Source: an uncultured Methanosarcinales archaeon (GTDB lineage: Archaea > Nanobdellota > Nanobdellia > Woesearchaeales > CAYZNE01). Taken from it: 38,887 nt of DNA. The notes beneath the pieces are model-generated. The model did no database searches, had not been told where the DNA came from, and saw nothing but the letters and a program-made list of their open reading frames with translations. The translations under genes and the position numbers were made by a program. Location of the stretch: positions 1 through 38,887 of the forward strand of contig CAYONI010000006.1 in the NCBI GenBank assembly GCA_964405295.1, read 5' to 3'. Of the stretch, positions 21,568 to 31,299 are shown in pieces; position 1 is the stretch's first letter, and each line of letters starts with the position of its first letter.

Positions 21568-23481
21568 TTGGTAGTTAGAAAAAAATCTAAATCTAAAGGT
21601 AGGACTAAAGCTAAATCTAAGAAGAAAGTTCTAAAAACTAAAAAAAGGGTTTCTAGAAAAAAAAGAGTTCTAAAAAAGAAAATTATAAAGAAGAAAACAA
21701 TTAAGAAAAAGAAGACTACAAAAAAGAAATTAATCAAGAAAAAGAATATTCCTAAACATAAAAAGAAAAAAACAATCATAAAAAAACCAAATAAAATAAA
21801 AAAGAACACTATTAAGAAAAAAACAATCAAAAAGAATAAAGTTACAAAAAAGAAAACAAAAAAAGAAAAAACAAAAATAATAAAAGTAAAGTATGACCTG
21901 TCAAGAAGAAAAACACCTGTCTTATTAATGATACTTGATGGATTTGGAATAAGAAAAACGATTAAAGGCAATGCAATAAAACTCGCAGAAATGCCATTCT
22001 ATGACTCACTAATTAAAAATTATCCCCATTCTAAACTATATGCATCAGGAAAAGATGTTGGATTACCAAGAGGACAAATGGGAAATTCTGAAGTTGGACA
22101 TATGACAATTGGATCCGGAAGAATAATTGATACCGATCTAGTACATATTAATAAAGAAATTAGTTCTGGAAGATTTTTCAAAAATAAATTACTTATTGAA
22201 GTAATGCAGAAAGTTAAAAAAAATAACTCTGCACTCCACTTATTGGGGTTGGCAAGTGATGGGGGGGTTCATAGTCATATTAATCATTTATTTGCATTGT
22301 TGAAGATGGCTAAGAAACAAAAACTCGATAAGGTTTATATTCACTGTTTTCTTGATGGTAGAGATACTCCACCAAAATCTGCAAAAAAATATATAATTAA
22401 AATTGAAAAATTTTGCAAGTCAAATAAAATTGGAACTATTGGTTCAATCGTTGGAAGATTTTATGCAATGGATAGAGATAATAGATGGAACAGAGAACAT
22501 AAAGCATATGATCTTGTTGTTAATGGCAAAGGAAAAAAGTTTCTGAATCATCCTATAAAAGCAATAAATCATGCATATCATGAAGGTGAAACAGATGAAT
22601 TTGTGAAACCAATTCTTATTAATAAAGAATCAAAAGTAAAAGAGAATGATTCTATAATCTTTTTTAATTTTAGAAGTGATAGGGCAAGAGAACTGAGTAA
22701 GGCTTTTACAACTGGAAAATTTAAAGGCTTTACAAGAAAGAAAAAACTAAAATTAAACTTTATATGCTTAACAATGTATGATAGACATCTTAAACTTCCT
22801 GTTGTGTTTGCTCCAAGAATACCAATGAACACTATTGGGGGAGTTGTTTCTAAAGCAAATATACCCCAACTAAGGGCTGCTGAAACTGAGAAATATCCTC
22901 ATGTGACTTTTTTCTTTAATGGCGGGATAGAAACCCCCTCTAGAAAAGAGGATAGATTACTTATTAATAGTCCAAAAGTTTTAACATACGATTTGAAACC
23001 AGAAATGTCTGCACAAGAAGTTACTAACAAATTAGTAAAAACTCTTAAAAAAGAGAAATATAAATTTATTGTTTTAAATTTTGCAAATCCTGACATGGTT
23101 GGGCATACCGGATCAATTAAAGCAACAATTAAAGCTCTTGAAAAAGTGGATATCTTAATAAAGGAAATTATTACAGAAATTCAATCACAAGATGGAACTG
23201 TTCTTTTAATTGCAGATCATGGCAATTGTGAAAAAATGTTAGAAAGCAACGGAACACCATTCACATCACATACAACAAATCAAGTTCCATGTATATTAAT
23301 CGACGAGAAAGCAAGGTTTAAGAAAAGATCGCAGAGTAGAAATAATACGGCATATATCAAAAATGGCTCACTTAAAGATGTTTCACCAACATTATTAGAA
23401 TTACTACATTTGAGAAAACCAATTGAGATGACAGGAAAAAGTTTAATTAAAAAGAAATTAAGAAAATCATTAAAGGATTAA
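21568..23481 (+). CDS. gpmI: 2,3-bisphosphoglycerate-independent phosphoglycerate mutase with Lys-rich N-terminal tail
   Basis: ILDGFG, MGNSEVGH, AETEKYPHVTFF, NPDMVGHTG and ADHGN motifs; TTG start after GGTGAG SD. Confidence 0.95.
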   Translation: MVVRKKSKSKGRTKAKSKKKVLKTKKRVSRKKRVLKKKIIKKKTIKKKKTTKKKLIKKKNIPKHKKKKTIIKKPNKIKKNTIKKKTIKKNKVTKKKTKKEKTKIIKVKYDLSRRKTPVLLMILDGFGIRKTIKGNAIKLAEMPFYDSLIKNYPHSKLYASGKDVGLPRGQMGNSEVGHMTIGSGRIIDTDLVHINKEISSGRFFKNKLLIEVMQKVKKNNSALHLLGLASDGGVHSHINHLFALLKMAKKQKLDKVYIHCFLDGRDTPPKSAKKYIIKIEKFCKSNKIGTIGSIVGRFYAMDRDNRWNREHKAYDLVVNGKGKKFLNHPIKAINHAYHEGETDEFVKPILINKESKVKENDSIIFFNFRSDRARELSKAFTTGKFKGFTRKKKLKLNFICLTMYDRHLKLPVVFAPRIPMNTIGGVVSKANIPQLRAAETEKYPHVTFFFNGGIETPSRKEDRLLINSPKVLTYDLKPEMSAQEVTNKLVKTLKKEKYKFIVLNFANPDMVGHTGSIKATIKALEKVDILIKEIITEIQSQDGTVLLIADHGNCEKMLESNGTPFTSHTTNQVPCILIDEKARFKKRSQSRNNTAYIKNGSLKDVSPTLLELLHLRKPIEMTGKSLIKKKLRKSLKD

Positions 23482-23482
23482 T

Positions 23483-25390
23483 ATGACTGAATTAAAAAAG
23501 AGTACAGGATTCTTAACAATATTTGCATTGCTTATTACATCTTTAATAGGAACAGGATTATTTCTTGCTCCTGCAGTTGGTGCAAGTTTTGCAGGATCAG
23601 CATCAATAATTTCTTGGATAATAATGCTTCTGTTAAGCATATACATTGCACTTTGTTTTGGAGAACTTGTTGCGAGATTCCCTAATGCAGGGGGGGTATA
23701 TGAGTTTAGCAAAAAAGCTTATGGTAGGTTTCCCAGCTTTATAATTGGGTGGACTACTTGGTTGGTTAATACTGTTAATACCCCATTACTTATTGTTGCT
23801 GCGCTAAAAATTACTTTTCCTGCATTAACATTATTTTATGTTGTACTAATCAGTATGGGCACAATAATTTTTATGAACTATATTGCTTATAGAGGAATGA
23901 AAGATAGCGCAATATTATTATTAATCTTTGCGAGTATAACTTTAGCAGTAATTGGCGCATTTATTTTCAAAGCTATTCCTGTATTTGATGCAAGTATTGT
24001 TTTACCTTTTCAATCAGAAGGGTATTTTATGATCTTAATTGCACTATTCTTTATCTCAGAAACATTTTTTGGATGGGAGAATGCAACATTTTTAGCAGAA
24101 GAAACAAGGAACGCAAGAACAGTTATCCCAAAAGCATTAATAATAACAACTCTTGTTGTTGGTGGTTTAAGTGTAATAGTTGCAATACTTTCATTGGGGA
24201 TTATTCCATTGAGTAGTTTAATAACAAATCCAAATGCATTTAATTTAATTTTGTCTAAATTATTCGCCACAAATTTTATTAAATATTTTATTATAGGCAT
24301 ATTTATTACTTTTATTGGTAGCGCATCTGGGAATATTATCTCCAGCCCACGTCTTTTATTAGCAATGGCAAGAGATAAATTATTTATAGAACAATTCTCT
24401 GATGTTCACAAAAAAACAGGAACACCACATAAAGCAATCATTTTTCAAAGCATTGTGGGAATCATTATTATATTTGTATCTTTAGGGCAATACAAAATGC
24501 TTTTAAGCATAATGATTCCGCTATCTTTATTTATGTATATTTCAACTATAATGACGATTCCGGTTATAAGAAAGAAATATCCCGGTAAAGTAGATTTTAA
24601 AGCTCCATTTGGAAACTTCTTACCATATGTTGTTTCATTACTTTTTCTTTCATTCATAGTCGCATGGTTATATTTTGAACCGAACAGCAGATACTTATTT
24701 GGATATGTTTTAGGATTTATACTATTTGGATTACCTGTGTACTTAATGCTAAATATTTATTATAATCCAGGATTTGCAATAAAAATAAATGAACTATTCT
24801 CTAATATTAATCTATGGATGGAAGATATATTCTTTCCAAAAAAACTCAGAAGAGAAATAATCAATTTATTTTCAGGGTATAATGGCAGGAAAATTCTTGA
24901 GTTCGGGGCAGGTATAGGAACACTAACAATGTCTATTGCAGATAAAGTTGGGCCAACAGGTAAAATTTATGCAATAGATTTTAGTAAAAAGAATATCAAA
25001 ATATTAAATAATAGGATGTTAAAGAAAGGTAACTTTCATGTACATATTATTCATGATGAACACATTATAAATAGGGTTCATCCACAAATAACCAATGTAG
25101 ATATGATTTTCAGTGTTGGGATGTTAGGTTATATACAAGATTTAAATAAAGTTCTAAAAGAGATGAGGGACATATTGCCTGATGGAGGAAAGATATGTTT
25201 TATTGAATACATGGATTATTTTCATTTTATTCCCAATCCTAAATATCTAACTCATAAAACAATGCTTGAACAAGTTTTTAAACAATGTGGTTTCTCGGTT
25301 AGAATTAAAAAAATAAAAGGAGTATTATGGAATTATTCTCTTATTTACGGCATGAAACATGAAGAGCAGAATAATGCACCATACATATAA
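23483..25390 (+). CDS. APC-family amino acid permease fused to class I SAM methyltransferase domain
   Basis: IGTGLF, ELVARFPNAGG, AEETRN and RLLLAMARD motifs; C-terminal ILEFGAGIG, YAIDFS and LPDGG motifs. Confidence 0.88.
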   Translation: MTELKKSTGFLTIFALLITSLIGTGLFLAPAVGASFAGSASIISWIIMLLLSIYIALCFGELVARFPNAGGVYEFSKKAYGRFPSFIIGWTTWLVNTVNTPLLIVAALKITFPALTLFYVVLISMGTIIFMNYIAYRGMKDSAILLLIFASITLAVIGAFIFKAIPVFDASIVLPFQSEGYFMILIALFFISETFFGWENATFLAEETRNARTVIPKALIITTLVVGGLSVIVAILSLGIIPLSSLITNPNAFNLILSKLFATNFIKYFIIGIFITFIGSASGNIISSPRLLLAMARDKLFIEQFSDVHKKTGTPHKAIIFQSIVGIIIIFVSLGQYKMLLSIMIPLSLFMYISTIMTIPVIRKKYPGKVDFKAPFGNFLPYVVSLLFLSFIVAWLYFEPNSRYLFGYVLGFILFGLPVYLMLNIYYNPGFAIKINELFSNINLWMEDIFFPKKLRREIINLFSGYNGRKILEFGAGIGTLTMSIADKVGPTGKIYAIDFSKKNIKILNNRMLKKGNFHVHIIHDEHIINRVHPQITNVDMIFSVGMLGYIQDLNKVLKEMRDILPDGGKICFIEYMDYFHFIPNPKYLTHKTMLEQVFKQCGFSVRIKKIKGVLWNYSLIYGMKHEEQNNAPYI

Positions 25391-25432
25391 ATCACAGTAA
25401 AACTTATAAATATATTTAGAATTCTCTTGTTT

Positions 25433-25708
25433 ATGAAAGTTCAAGAAACATATGGGAATTCAAAAATCTCAACTTATACATCTGAAAGTATTAAACAAAC
25501 TATTGGTGTTGCGATGGTAATGGTTTCAGACATTCTTGCAATAGGATTAAAAATGAAGTTTCCAGAAATTCCGATGGAAGCTATTGGAGCATATATTGGG
25601 CTAACATCAATTGGTGCTGCAGCACTTTTATCAAAACTAGATAGCACGCAAGAATCAAGTGTAGATGTAATAACAAAGAACCTTTATAGTAATTACTCTC
25701 ACCAATAG
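25433..25708 (+). CDS. Small hypothetical membrane protein
   Basis: Two hydrophobic segments; TATA (TTATAAAT) about 25 nt upstream. Confidence 0.5.
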   Translation: MKVQETYGNSKISTYTSESIKQTIGVAMVMVSDILAIGLKMKFPEIPMEAIGAYIGLTSIGAAALLSKLDSTQESSVDVITKNLYSNYSHQ

Positions 25709-25712
25709 AAAA

Positions 25713-26423
25713 TTAATCTTTTTTCTTAGAACCTTTTGATTTCTTATATGATCCAAGCGCCTCTTCAAACTCTTTTTTATCAAGGTCCAGCCAATGCTTA
25801 CTTCCAGTTAAATAAATTCTTGATTCTGGAAGATCCCAAAGCAACATTCCTGAATAATTATATGCACATTCAATAAGTATTTCTGGAGGCACAAAATAAG
25901 AAGTATACAATGACTCTTTTATCATATCTGCATCAATTTTCTCAACATCAATTTGCTTATTAACTGCTTTTAATGTTAACAATTTTATTGCAGAAATAAT
26001 TTCTTCCTTACCATCATAGTTAATAAGAAGATTTAAAAAAAAATTGTCATAATCTTTTGTTCCTTCCATAAGTTTCTTTATGTTTTCTGTCGTTGCAATA
26101 GGGAGATTAAACCATTTACCAATAATCATAACTTTTATCTTGTTGGTTCGTATTGATTCATCATTTTGTAAATGTGTTATTAGTGAATCTATAAACTTTA
26201 AATCAGTATCTGCTTTATTCTCAAACATTAATGTAAAAATAGGAATATTAAGCTTTGTTTGAATAGAAACCAGTTCTGAAACTTTTTTTAATGCAAGTTC
26301 AATAAGATTTTCATCTTGTTTTCTGTATAACCCCAAGCTTCTTGTTGAGATTGCAATGTGTTTAGGAAGTTGCTGCTTTTTAAGAGAATCCATTCGCGAG
26401 ATATTTTTTAATATATTTATCAT
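25713..26423 (-). CDS. cis-prenyltransferase (UppS)-like protein, degenerate active site
   Basis: LPKHIAI, KVMIIG, LLINYDGKEEI, SLYT and SGMLLW motifs; the DGN motif is absent. Confidence 0.75.
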   Translation of the reverse strand: MINILKNISRMDSLKKQQLPKHIAISTRSLGLYRKQDENLIELALKKVSELVSIQTKLNIPIFTLMFENKADTDLKFIDSLITHLQNDESIRTNKIKVMIIGKWFNLPIATTENIKKLMEGTKDYDNFFLNLLINYDGKEEIISAIKLLTLKAVNKQIDVEKIDADMIKESLYTSYFVPPEILIECAYNYSGMLLWDLPESRIYLTGSKHWLDLDKKEFEEALGSYKKSKGSKKKD

Positions 26424-26489
26424 AATAGCTTTAAATTCAACAAAATTTATAAAGTTTACTAATGATTTATAAATTAAGTTGGGTGAGAA

Positions 26490-27719
26490 TTGATGATAGA
26501 CATAACATTATTCCTATTGGCATTAACAGTTCTTATTATTGCTTCAATAACAGACATAAAAATAAGAGAGGTTCCTGATTGGATTAGCTACACTTTTCTT
26601 TTTACTGCAATAACAGCTAATCTTATTCTAAGTGTAATCCAAAATAATTATTGGATGATTATCAATTCTGTTGCAGGAGCAATATTTGGCTTCTTAATTG
26701 GTTTATTATTATTTTATACTGGCCAGTGGGGCGGTGGAGATTCTAAAATTCTTATTGGATTACTTGCATTAATTGGTTTTAATGTTCAAACTTTTTATGG
26801 TTTAGTAACTGGCAATATAATATTTATTGATTATTTATTTACATCCAAATGGCTCTTATTCATAATAAATTTCGCAATTGCAGGAGCAATTTATGGAATC
26901 TTATTTTCAATAGGATTATTAATTTCAAAACATAAAGAATTTAGCAAAGAGTTTAAACAAATCATGAAAACAAAAGAGATTAAAAAAATAAGAAGATTTA
27001 TGTTTAACTTTACACTTGCAATAATTATTATCTTTATTATTAATTATCTTATGAGAATTTTTACAGAGGATGTTTTTGTTCTTTTAATAGGATTCTTTCC
27101 TATTGTCATGTTTTATATTTGGGTGTCAGCAAAAGCAATTGATAATGGTTGTATGAACAAGAAAATTTATGCAAATAAGATTACCATTGGTGATTGGGTT
27201 ATTAAGAATGTTTATGTTAAAAGAAGAACAAAAGACCTTTTGAAAGAAGCTTACAGAGAATTTTACATTAAAGATGATAAAAAGCTTAGCCTTCATGCAT
27301 TCACGCAGAATATTGCTTTAAAATATCGAAAGCATAAACAAGATTTTTTCTCAATGTTATTTTTAAGATGGAACAAAAAAGAATTAGCAAAAGAAGTTCA
27401 TATAGTCAAAACAATTATGCAATCAAGTTCTGTTAGTCTTGCTATGAAAAAAGCAAAAACACTCAAAATAGATAAAAAGGATATTGGAGAATTTATTGGA
27501 TTTCTTGAGTCTATTCATATTTATTTTGATAAGTTTCTTGTATGCGGATTTCAGAACACTGGGCTAACTGAAAACCAAGTTAAGATAGTTAATCAACTTT
27601 ACAAACAGAAGAAGATCAGAATGATTAAAATAAAGAATGGTTTACCATTTATTCCAAGTTTTTTATTAGGATTTCTTATTTTTTATTTCTTAGGTTTTTG
27701 GTGGAAATTTTTATTATAA
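26490..27719 (+). CDS. A24 prepilin/prearchaellin peptidase (FlaK/PibD-like)
   Basis: TDIKIREVPD and GGGDSK catalytic aspartates; C-terminal LPFIP; multiple TM segments. Confidence 0.88.
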   Translation: MMIDITLFLLALTVLIIASITDIKIREVPDWISYTFLFTAITANLILSVIQNNYWMIINSVAGAIFGFLIGLLLFYTGQWGGGDSKILIGLLALIGFNVQTFYGLVTGNIIFIDYLFTSKWLLFIINFAIAGAIYGILFSIGLLISKHKEFSKEFKQIMKTKEIKKIRRFMFNFTLAIIIIFIINYLMRIFTEDVFVLLIGFFPIVMFYIWVSAKAIDNGCMNKKIYANKITIGDWVIKNVYVKRRTKDLLKEAYREFYIKDDKKLSLHAFTQNIALKYRKHKQDFFSMLFLRWNKKELAKEVHIVKTIMQSSSVSLAMKKAKTLKIDKKDIGEFIGFLESIHIYFDKFLVCGFQNTGLTENQVKIVNQLYKQKKIRMIKIKNGLPFIPSFLLGFLIFYFLGFWWKFLL

Positions 27720-27884
27720 TTAAATTTAATCAAAATTCTTTCGGAAATTACGTATTAAAACTTAAAAAGCACTAGATTATTCTATTATTTACGAGGTTAA
27801 CCTAAAAAAATACTTTATAAATATACTACTTAAGAGTGACAAATAACCAAAAACTTTATAAAGAATAAAAGGTAATAATACAAT

Positions 27885-28721
27885 ATGGCAGATTCAACTT
27901 TAGATAAAGTTATGGAAAAGTACCAAAAGAATAAACCTCTCAATGAAGAAGAGAGCACCTTTCTAATAGAAGAATTTAACAAAGCTGTTCAGGGAACAGA
28001 TTACGAACTCATCGTAAAACTAGATGAAATACTTGGATTCAACTACGAAGAACATGATGCAATAGGAAGAATTGTAAACGATGCTATAGCGATGGTTGGA
28101 GAAGAACAACAACAAAAAGATAAAAAAACTTCTTCAATTGAAAAATTAATAGAAAATGAACAGGAAGAGTCAAAGACTATTCATAAACAGCCAAAAAAAA
28201 CACCTTCACGTGGAGAAAATGCTAATTATTTCATAGACAATCTAAGTGATCTTATTAATCTTTCAAATAAAATAACAAAAAGTAGAATAGAATATTCTAA
28301 TTTAAAAAATGATATTGAACAAGCAAGAGAATATGGGGCTAACATAAGATTCTATTATACAGCACTAGCACTTAAAACCTCCCATTCAAAAGAGTTAGAA
28401 ACTGAAAACTTCAGAAAAGGCGAAAGAGAAAAGGATTTTGTTGTTGCAGCATATGCATTAGGATTTACAGAACCAAAACTATGTATTAAGGAAAAAGCAA
28501 AAATAATGAGAACCATCTTTAAAGACACAAAGGGGCATCTAAAGTTTGATAAGATAAAAAACCCAACAGACAAAGATAAACTTAACGCAGGATACCAATT
28601 TAAAGCAATTGTCACTAGCTACCTTAAAAACAATAAGGAAAGTTTAAATAGTGGATCAATTTCCTTTAGCAGAGAGATCAAAGAGTTCGATCTTGATGAA
28701 ATGATAGTAAAATATAGCTAA
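27885..28721 (+). CDS. Hypothetical protein
   Basis: 278-aa ORF; TATA box TTTATAAA at 27855-27862. Confidence 0.7.
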   Translation: MADSTLDKVMEKYQKNKPLNEEESTFLIEEFNKAVQGTDYELIVKLDEILGFNYEEHDAIGRIVNDAIAMVGEEQQQKDKKTSSIEKLIENEQEESKTIHKQPKKTPSRGENANYFIDNLSDLINLSNKITKSRIEYSNLKNDIEQAREYGANIRFYYTALALKTSHSKELETENFRKGEREKDFVVAAYALGFTEPKLCIKEKAKIMRTIFKDTKGHLKFDKIKNPTDKDKLNAGYQFKAIVTSYLKNNKESLNSGSISFSREIKEFDLDEMIVKYS

Positions 28722-28732
28722 AGGTAAATAAT

Positions 28733-29414
28733 ATGGGCAATTACACTAACACTGAAGGAAAATTCATCAAATTTATGGCTAATTCTGGATTTTAGTATAC
28801 TAGAACCTTCAATTATGAAGAAGACACAATAATTATTGATTTCTACAGATCTGCATTTGAGAACCAACACATAATTATCAATGCAGTATTCCCTTTTGCT
28901 GCAGACAGGAACCCTAAAAAATTATCTTTTAGAAGGGTGGGAAGGAGATGAATATAAGCTCTTAGATGAAGTTGCTAAAGCTATTAAAACTCAAGAGCCT
29001 AAACCAGATAGAGATTTAACAGAACTTACAAGAGACTATTACATTGAAAGAGTTAATGGAAACGCACAAATAACAAAAAAAGATTTTATTCAAGAATACG
29101 TTAATAAATCACAAGATCAAGATGTGAGTGTAATACCTATCCAAACTCAAAATCTTGAAGCAGATTTGCAATATCTTAAAGAATACCTAAAACTAATGAA
29201 AGTAATAGAAAATTCAGGAATGAAATATGAAACCATCAATACCACTAATAAAAAAATAATTACAGAAATTGAAAGACAAATAGATCATGACTGGTTTAAT
29301 GCAAAATGGGAAGACAAATTTAGATCATCTGATGCAGTTGCAGGGGTATATGCACCCAAGGTAAACAGCATGCGAATCTGTGAAGAATCAGAATCTCAAT
29401 TTAACTATCAATAA
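28733..29414 (+). pseudogene. Probable disrupted hypothetical gene
   Basis: AAGGT SD plus ATG 28733; in-frame TAG at 28793-28795; frame shift at A6 run 28916-28921 joins the 28881-29414 ORF. Confidence 0.55.
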
Positions 29415-30679
29415 TCACCTAAATTCTTTTGAATTTTCTTCTTTTTAATTCTACTATCAAACTCAGTTATAATCTCAGGAATTTTCTGTTCCAACAAAGG
29501 AACACCATAAACCCCATCATATCCGGGTTTAACTTTAATTTTACCTTCCCTGTTTTGGATTATAACTTCTGCAATCGTTGCATCAATCTTAGACAGTTCT
29601 TCTTTGGAAGCATCTAAAAGAATAGTAAATTCATCTTTAAACTTTGCAAGAAACTGATTAAATATTGCCCAAACATATTTTGTTGTAAGCCCTTTATTAT
29701 AAGTTTTAGATATTAACTCAGATAAAGGAACCATTTCATGAAATGGCTTTGTGTTTTTTGGTTTCTCGTCTTCAGATCTTGTTGCCAACTCTTCAACTCT
29801 TTCTAAAACACCAACAGTTAGAGGTTTACCACACACAGGGCATATATTATTTATTTTCTTTGCCTCTTCTGGACTTAGACAAACATTACACTTTCTGTGT
29901 CCTGTATAATGATAAATTCCATAATTAGGATCAACCTCTACAGTCCCTATTAATCCTTCACCTGTTCTTATTGCATTCAGAACATTCTTGTAAGTTAATT
30001 CTTTTAAATCAAAAATATTTGCCTCTCTTCCAATTCTCCATGGCCAAAAACTGTGTGAATCACTATTACTGATTAATTGATATTTATCTAACTCTTTTAT
30101 TTTCCAGTTCATTGGAGGATCTGAACTTAACCCTGTTTCTATTGCATGAATATGTTTTTCTTGATCTTTAAAACACTCTTTTATAGAATCAAAACCAGAC
30201 TTACTTCCCAATGCTCCAAACCAAGGAGTCCAGATATGTGCAGGAATAACTTCTATATCTTTATTTATTTTTTTCATTTCATAAACAAATTCATCACAGG
30301 GAATTTTGAATATTGGCCGGCCATCATAGTCAATTCTTCCTTTTGTTAGAAGATACTCTGTTATTTGTGCTACAACATCAAAATTAGGTGCTAACATTAC
30401 CAGATGAACTCTTCTTCCTTTCCCATCCTGGGTGTACATTAAAGAAAGCTCTGTTTGTAAAATAAAATTCATACCTTTTTTAGATTTTAGAATTCCTGTT
30501 CCGTCATCTTCTAGATTTAGTTTTAATTCTTTAATCCATTCTGGGTGTGTAAAGTCTCCTGTTCCTAGAAGATTTAATCCTTTTACTTTTCCCCACTTCT
30601 CAAGATTCGACATAGTTAAATCTTTGCTCGTTGCACGACTAAATCTTGAGTGCAGATGTAAATCTGCATAGAATTTCAT
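29408..30679 (-). CDS. Endonuclease Q family (PHP domain plus zinc finger)
   Basis: ADLHLHSRFSRATS, GTGDFTHP, PAHIWTPWF, NSDSHS, and CNVC...CPVCG motifs. Confidence 0.9.
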   Translation of the reverse strand: MKFYADLHLHSRFSRATSKDLTMSNLEKWGKVKGLNLLGTGDFTHPEWIKELKLNLEDDGTGILKSKKGMNFILQTELSLMYTQDGKGRRVHLVMLAPNFDVVAQITEYLLTKGRIDYDGRPIFKIPCDEFVYEMKKINKDIEVIPAHIWTPWFGALGSKSGFDSIKECFKDQEKHIHAIETGLSSDPPMNWKIKELDKYQLISNSDSHSFWPWRIGREANIFDLKELTYKNVLNAIRTGEGLIGTVEVDPNYGIYHYTGHRKCNVCLSPEEAKKINNICPVCGKPLTVGVLERVEELATRSEDEKPKNTKPFHEMVPLSELISKTYNKGLTTKYVWAIFNQFLAKFKDEFTILLDASKEELSKIDATIAEVIIQNREGKIKVKPGYDGVYGVPLLEQKIPEIITEFDSRIKKKKIQKNLGDY

Positions 30680-30705
30680 AATATCCCCCCTAAAAAAATA
30701 ATAAA

Positions 30706-30746
30706 ATGCTCAATAATCTTTAATTATTGGCACCGCCTAAGCGGAA
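30706..30746 (-). repeat. Dispersed REP-like element, copy 3
   Basis: Minus strand reads TT-CCGC-ttag-GCGG-TGC-CAATAAT-taaag-ATTATTG-AGCAT. Confidence 0.8.
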
Positions 30747-30747
30747 A

Positions 30748-31299
30748 CTAAATATTTAAAGTTAATTTCTTATTCAATTTAACATTACCATAAAACAATC
30801 CCAGTGCAACAACTGCAGTTACTACTTGCAATAAAACCATTGTTTGCAAAAAGAATATTGGTATTAAACCAATTGCATAAACTAATACTGTTCCTACAAA
30901 TATAATTGCTACTTTTACTAGTATTCCTTTTACTGAGTTTGTTAAAATTCTTTTATTATTCTTAAAGAATTGTTTTGACATGAATACTAAAACAAAGTTT
31001 CCTAAAATTATGAATGGTATTAAATAGATTAATTGTGAAGTTAAGTTACCAAATATCATTCCTCTAAAGAATACAGCCAGACTGGGTAGTATTATTACCG
31101 GTAAAGTTTTCTTTAGTGGAGAATAATATGCAGATCTTATTAACATAAAATTGATTATTACACCAACTAATAGTTGCGGATGACCTATCAGAAAAGGAAC
31201 AAAGAATGCCACAATACTACTAATTATTATTTCTATATTTTCTCTCACATAATTGAATTTGTATAAATTTTTATTTAAATATTCCATTTTAGTAGTCAC
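30748..31299 (-). CDS. Membrane protein, ECF transporter S-component-like
   Basis: About 6 TM segments; QLLVGVIIN and IPFIILGN motifs. Confidence 0.55.
   Translation of the reverse strand: MTTKMEYLNKNLYKFNYVRENIEIIISSIVAFFVPFLIGHPQLLVGVIINFMLIRSAYYSPLKKTLPVIILPSLAVFFRGMIFGNLTSQLIYLIPFIILGNFVLVFMSKQFFKNNKRILTNSVKGILVKVAIIFVGTVLVYAIGLIPIFFLQTMVLLQVVTAVVALGLFYGNVKLNKKLTLNI

Noticed and set aside
21528..21971. 147-aa Phe-rich minus-strand ORF
   Set aside because: Antisense shadow of the AAA-rich Lys tail of gpmI
28793..28795. TAG recoding (pyrrolysine or alternative genetic code)
   Set aside because: TAG ends normal genes here (e.g. 3266, 14011), and the same gene also needs a frameshift
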